From NCBI GenBank assembly GCA_025558095.1, contig JAIVFI010000018.1:124001-188000 (forward strand): a DNA stretch of 64,000 nucleotides, given 5' to 3'. Below the pieces are notes generated by a model. The model saw only the letters and a program-made list of their open reading frames with translations. It ran no database searches and had not been told where the DNA came from. Positions within the stretch are counted from its first letter, which is position 1. The number at the start of each line of letters is the position of its first letter. Source of the stretch: Hyaloraphidium curvatum SAG 235-1 (lineage: Eukaryota; Fungi; Monoblepharomycota). A program made the translations under genes and the position numbers. Below, piece by piece: positions 59,284-64,000 of the stretch.

Positions 59284-61514
59284 CTACGCGATGGGCTTGA
59301 GATGCACCTTGAACTCGACCTTGTCCCTCGCGCCCAGCGTGAGCGCCTGCGAGTAGCGGCCCTCCCTCTTGGCGAAATCGCCCCACTTCTGCGGCTCGTC
59401 CTCGTTGACGAGCTCGAGGTGGAACCGCCGCAGGATCTGGGTGAGGAAGGTAACGCCCTCCTGGATGGCCATGTTCTGCCCGAGGCAGACGCGCGGGCCG
59501 GCCTTGAACACGGGCCACTTGTACTGCGGCACGGCAACCGTGAGCACCCGAGCAGAGGCACCGCCGGCGGCGCGCACGGACCTGGTTCTCCTTGCGCAGC
59601 ACGCCCCTCTCGTCGATCCACCTCTCGGGCTTGAACACCTCGGCGTCGGGGCCCCAGATGGACTTGGCGTAGCCCATGCACCACGACGAGTACTGCACCA
59701 TCTCGCCGGCGTAGACCTTGGTGCCCGTGCCGCCGAGGACGCAGTCCTTGGTGGCGGTGAGCTGGTTCGTGGGGACGTTGGAGAAGAGGCGGAGGGTTTC
59801 CTGGCGGGGGCGGGGGGGGTCAGCCCATGGCCCGCGAAACGGCGGAAAAGAGCGGAGGAGGACGCACGTTGAAGGTAGCCTGCACCAGCTTGAGATCCTT
59901 GAGGTTCTCGTAGCCGGGCTTGGTGTCCTTGCCGAGCACGGTGCGGATCTCGTCGCGGAGCTTGTCCTCGATGTCGGGGCGCTGCGCAAGGGTGTAGAAG
60001 GCCCAGGTGAGGGTCTGCGCGGTGGTGTCGCGGCCTTTGCGGGGGTCGGAGGTCAGTTCCGTGCCGTCGGGGACGGGAGGCGAGGGACCCACCTGCGATC
60101 AGGAGGTTCATGACGACGTCGCGGAGTTCCTCGTCATCGGGCATTCCACCGTCAAAGTTCTTGGTCCTCATGAAGTAGTCGAGCTGCGCAGAACAGCGGC
60201 CATGATGAGAAACGGATGGGAAAGGGGGAGAGGGGGGCTCACCATGTCCGCGTGCTTGCTCTTGTCCGAAGACGACCCGCCGTCCTCGTCGAACGCCTCG
60301 CCCTTGGCCATGCGCGCCCGCTTCTCGGCGATGACTTTGTCGGCGACCTCGAACATGGTCTTCTGCGCCTCCTTGATCTTCTGGCTGGTGCCGTCGAGCT
60401 TTTCCATCAGGCTGAAGAACGGGCGGCCGGCACGCCCGGCGACGACCATCTGCACGTCGGCGCGGTCAGCTCCGGTTCGTTTGACCAGGCCTTCTTGTTC
60501 TTACATTCAAAAAGTCGAATGACTCCTGGGCGCAGGGGACGAGGTTAAAAGGCAAGCGTGAATGTAGTCGACGTGCCGCCTACCATATACTTGACCTTGG
60601 GTAGCACGTACTTGCCGTTCTCCACCTTCCCGACCTGGTCGATGCAGCCGAACGAGGTCCCCATGGCGAGGCGGCCAAAGGAGTCCAGGGTGCAGCGCAG
60701 CAGGAGGTCCTGGAGGTCGATGATGGCGCCGAGCTCGTGCGCGCGCTGGAAGTGGTCGCAGAGGTGCGCGACCTCGTTGAGGAAGTCGCCCGAGAAGACG
60801 TCGCGAAAGTTGCGCACTGCGGGTCGGGCGGGATGCGGTGAGCACCGGATGGAGCGCGGGCGGCCGGTCCGCGACGCACCGTTGAAGACGTGCGAAGCGG
60901 TTTTGCGCTGCGCGTTCCAGCGGGCGCCGTCAGAGATGAAGATGCCGTGGCCGAGGAAGTCGCTGGCAGTCACTTCGGCGAACGCGCCCTTGATAAAGAG
61001 CTGAGAAGGCAAGGTCAGCACAAGCACGCGCAGCTGCACAAAGCGACTGTTCGTACGTAAGGATCGCTGTTCGGGCCGGGGCAGTCAGGCAAGATTCTAA
61101 GATTCTATCTCAACCATCCCGGCTCCGACCCACCGCAGGACCGTTTCGACATCCCCCGGGTGCAAGGCATTGATCATGTCCACGCCACCGAGCCCAGGCA
61201 TGTAGAGAGTGCTCCGGAACACGTCGCCGTACTTCTCAAAGTCCCTCTTCATGGCTTCCAGCTTCACGTCCGAGTTTTTGGCGACGGTGAGGAGGTTGCC
61301 GATGAGCGGAAGCGCGCCCTCCATGTGCTTAAGGTCCGGACGCCTCATGGTACCTGCCGAGACCGTCAATCGAGGCCGGGCGCCCGTGCAGGCGGGGCAG
61401 CCCACCGATGGCGCGGTCGCGGTATTCGTAGATGATGTAGGCGACATAGAGGAGGACGGGGACCCCCAGGAGCACCGGCAGAGGCAGCGACAGCACAGCA
61501 TCGAGCAGGCCCAT
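59284..61514 (-). CDS. Cytochrome P450 (CYP86/94/704-like fatty-acid hydroxylase type)
   Basis: LGHGIFISDG..W..QRK, NLLIAGRDTT, ETLRL, FKPERW, heme motif FKAGPRVCLG; many introns. Confidence 0.92.
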
Positions 61515-61818
61515 CGTTTCGGCGGGCGAGACCGTGTTCTCGGGGTCCCGGCAACAGATACCGGTCGGACAGTGAGTTCGCTGTGGCGAGTGAGCCGGGA
61601 GGCATCCGCGCAAGATCTTCCGCCATTTCTAGCGAATCTTCGACGGCCAATGCAATGGACCGTATTGTACAGAGCAGTGCTACGTGGATGATGGATCTCC
61701 AAAATGACCTCGGATGGGTGGTTTGGACGACGTTCTTGTACGTCTGCGGCGTAGCCGGTTCAGCATCGGTTTTCACCCGACAAAACAGAGGGAGCTCACA
61801 ACCAAATCCAGATCAAAT

Positions 61819-62715
61819 CTAGGCAATGGTCATCGGCGTCACATCGAGGTCAACCAGGCTGTAGTTTCCGTTCGGGAAAGTCTCCCAGTTGGCTCCGTTG
61901 TGCACCGCCGCGAGCGCCGCGGCCCTGTTTGCAAAGCTGGTACCCAGGCTGCGCTTATAATATCCGTAATCGGTGCTGGCCTCGATTGCCACCGCCGTCT
62001 GACCCTCGGTGAGCCCCGTGTTGGTGAGCTGGCCGCTTCCGAACCCGCCAGCCGTGTTCGTAAGGGCGGCCAGAAAGGTGCCAGACGGGAGGTACGCATA
62101 CACAGTGTCCGAACTGCCCGAAATGGACCAGTCAAAGTCGGTGCCGGAAGGATCCAACAGAGCGCCCTGGCCAGTGCTGGCGGTGATGGACGTCGGGTCC
62201 GGAATATCCGTGTTCGACCCAATTGAAACGACAGACCCCTTGGGAACAACGGCGGTGGTCGTCCATTTGACGGCGGGATCGTCGTTAAGGAAGCTGGCTC
62301 CGTTCCAAGTGTTGGCGTTGAAGATGACTTCACAACCGGCGGGGATGTCGACTGTGGCGAGGAAACCGACGCGGTCCTGGTCGCCGCCGTACGAGACGAA
62401 TGCCACGTCTCCAGCGACCAGGTTGCACTGGGCGTCGTAGCGGCGATACAGGTTATGATTGTTGCTGTACGTGACGCACGCGACATGGCCTTCCGGGGCG
62501 CCAGGGAACGCGAACTCGCCTGTCACGCACGACGGGGAAGTGCGGTCAGCATCCGTTAGTCACTGCTGGGCCATGTACTCACAGAACTCGTTGTCTGTGC
62601 AGTCGACGCACGACCGACGGAACTTGGGCGCCGAAGGCGATAGCGGCGCAGCGCCGACGGCGAGCGCGAAAGCGAGCAGGAGCAGAAGCGTGGGGAGTGA
62701 GGTCGCGGCCTTCAT
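61819..62715 (-). CDS. Secreted protein: 4-Cys pro-module plus a bacterial surface-protein-like domain
   Basis: Signal MKAATSLPTLLLLAFALAVGA; one intron (GTGAGT..GCTGAC..CAG); LVAGDVAFVSY..FLATVDIPAG..W..W pattern. Confidence 0.7.
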
Positions 62716-63079
62716 CGGTTCTGAATGCTGTTGCGGGGACGGGAATGTCGCTGTTGTTAGTCACGGTGTTTGGCTCCCCTTCTTAGGGGACCCCATCCGG
62801 TGTGTCCTTGCGTGATCCCTGCGAGTCACCATCCCTAGTGTTCCCAAGGGCCACGAGGGCACCGCCAGTGGCTAACTCGGTCCCAGCTGAAGCAATGCCG
62901 ACCGCTCGATCGTCGCCGGGGCACGCGACTAAGGAGGAATATGCGACATTCTGAGTGTCCTACTGACGTCATGATCGGACCTTGATTTGCTCAGACCTGG
63001 GCGAAAACAACGCAGCGAACATCGCAACGGACATCGATAGCGATCTGATAAATACGACAATGCCATCTCTCTACCAGGT

Positions 63080-64000
63080 CTAGAGTCTCGCCTCCGCATC
63101 CGGACCCTTCCACGGTCCCGCCGCCGCCCGCGCGACAGACCACTCAGTCCACTTGCTGATGACCTTCTCCTTGCCAATGTCGTTGTGTGCTGGTGTGACT
63201 ATCAGCGCAGGCTTCGACAAGGCGGCTTCTTGAGGCTCACCTTCGTGTGCGTGCCCTTCCCAGTGCTGGAACTCCTTGTCCTTGCTCCCCACGTTGGCCA
63301 CAAAGTCCAGGATCGGCTGCCACGGCACCAGCTTGTCCGCCGCGCTACCCGTGATCAGGATCGGGAACTTTGTCGCCGCCGCGTCCCTGTGCACGGCCTT
63401 GATCGTCTCGTCCATCGAGCGGGCGAAACCGAGCTGGATCCGGTCGTGAACGAGCGGGTCCGCGAAGTCTGGAAAGAGATGAGCGACGATTCAGCGCGCC
63501 ACGCGCAGCCGCTACCCACAAGCTTCAACCACAGCGGGGTCGTTCGACACCTCCTTCGACAGCGGTGCTGTTTGAAGTGATCACATGAGCGGAGAGCCAG
63601 ACCTCATGGACCGCGGGCTCGTACCTCCGATAATGACGGAGGGCAGCCAGTACGCAAGGGTCATGAGCACGTTGTAGGTGACGAAGTTGACGACGAAGCC
63701 TAGAGCCGGGGCGCTGGCGGCGCAGCCGGCAAAGTTGGGGATATCCCGCCAGTGTACCTGCGAGAATCGGATAGCAAAAAGGCCGCCCATCGAGTGCTGA
63801 CCAAGGAATGAGCCCTGGCTCCGCGACAGGGGGCGCGAACGCCGAAGGAGCCCACCCCGAAGACGATGACCGGGCTGTCGCCCACGAGATCCTTCTCCAC
63901 GACCTTCAAGAGCTTCAGGTACCCCGCAAACATCGCCTCGATGTTCCCCTCCCCCTTCCTCATTCCAGGGTTCAGGTCCACCGTCTTTCCGTGCCCGCGG
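63080..64000 (-). CDS. Monoacylglycerol lipase/lysophospholipase-type alpha/beta hydrolase (5' part outside window), PTS1 ARL
   Basis: RGHGKT, G|HSMGG, ITGSAADKLV, SKDKEF..WEGHAHE, ends EARL*. Confidence 0.82.

Overview
Gene-dense, GC-rich eukaryotic DNA with many short (mostly ~50-80 nt) spliceosomal introns. A Zn(II)2Cys6 transcription factor marks it as fungal. The gene content and intron style suggest an early-diverging (chytrid/monoblepharid-like) fungus; this is inference. About 35 protein-coding loci and one intron-containing tRNA-Ala(CGC) were reconstructed by manual splicing, so CDS spans include introns. Conventional genes: XylD-like sugar-acid dehydratase, M20 amidohydrolase, sterol desaturase-family protein, CaMK, GATase, large-subunit catalase, MDR reductase, CdsA, WDR83, acyl-CoA ligase, RCC1, FRA10AC1, P450 and a lipase. 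The most unusual elements: (1) a SOL-type calpain carrying a ubiquitin-binding motif and a GRF zinc finger (candidate DNA-targeted protease); (2) two paralogous hybrid histidine kinases sharing an uncharacterised 6-TM sensor with conserved His/Asn/Gln residues; (3) a 4-Cys secreted module shared by two genes 59 kb apart, visible only after splicing; (4) a diverged ~200-bp inverted repeat ending in tRNA 5' halves that brackets the intact tRNA; (5) an LRR-TM-SH3 receptor and a ZP-like furin-site membrane protein; (6) two secreted pseudoenzymes (GH27 and beta-lactamase fold); (7) several intron-poor, bacterial-looking genes. No database searches were run; family calls rest on recognised motifs.
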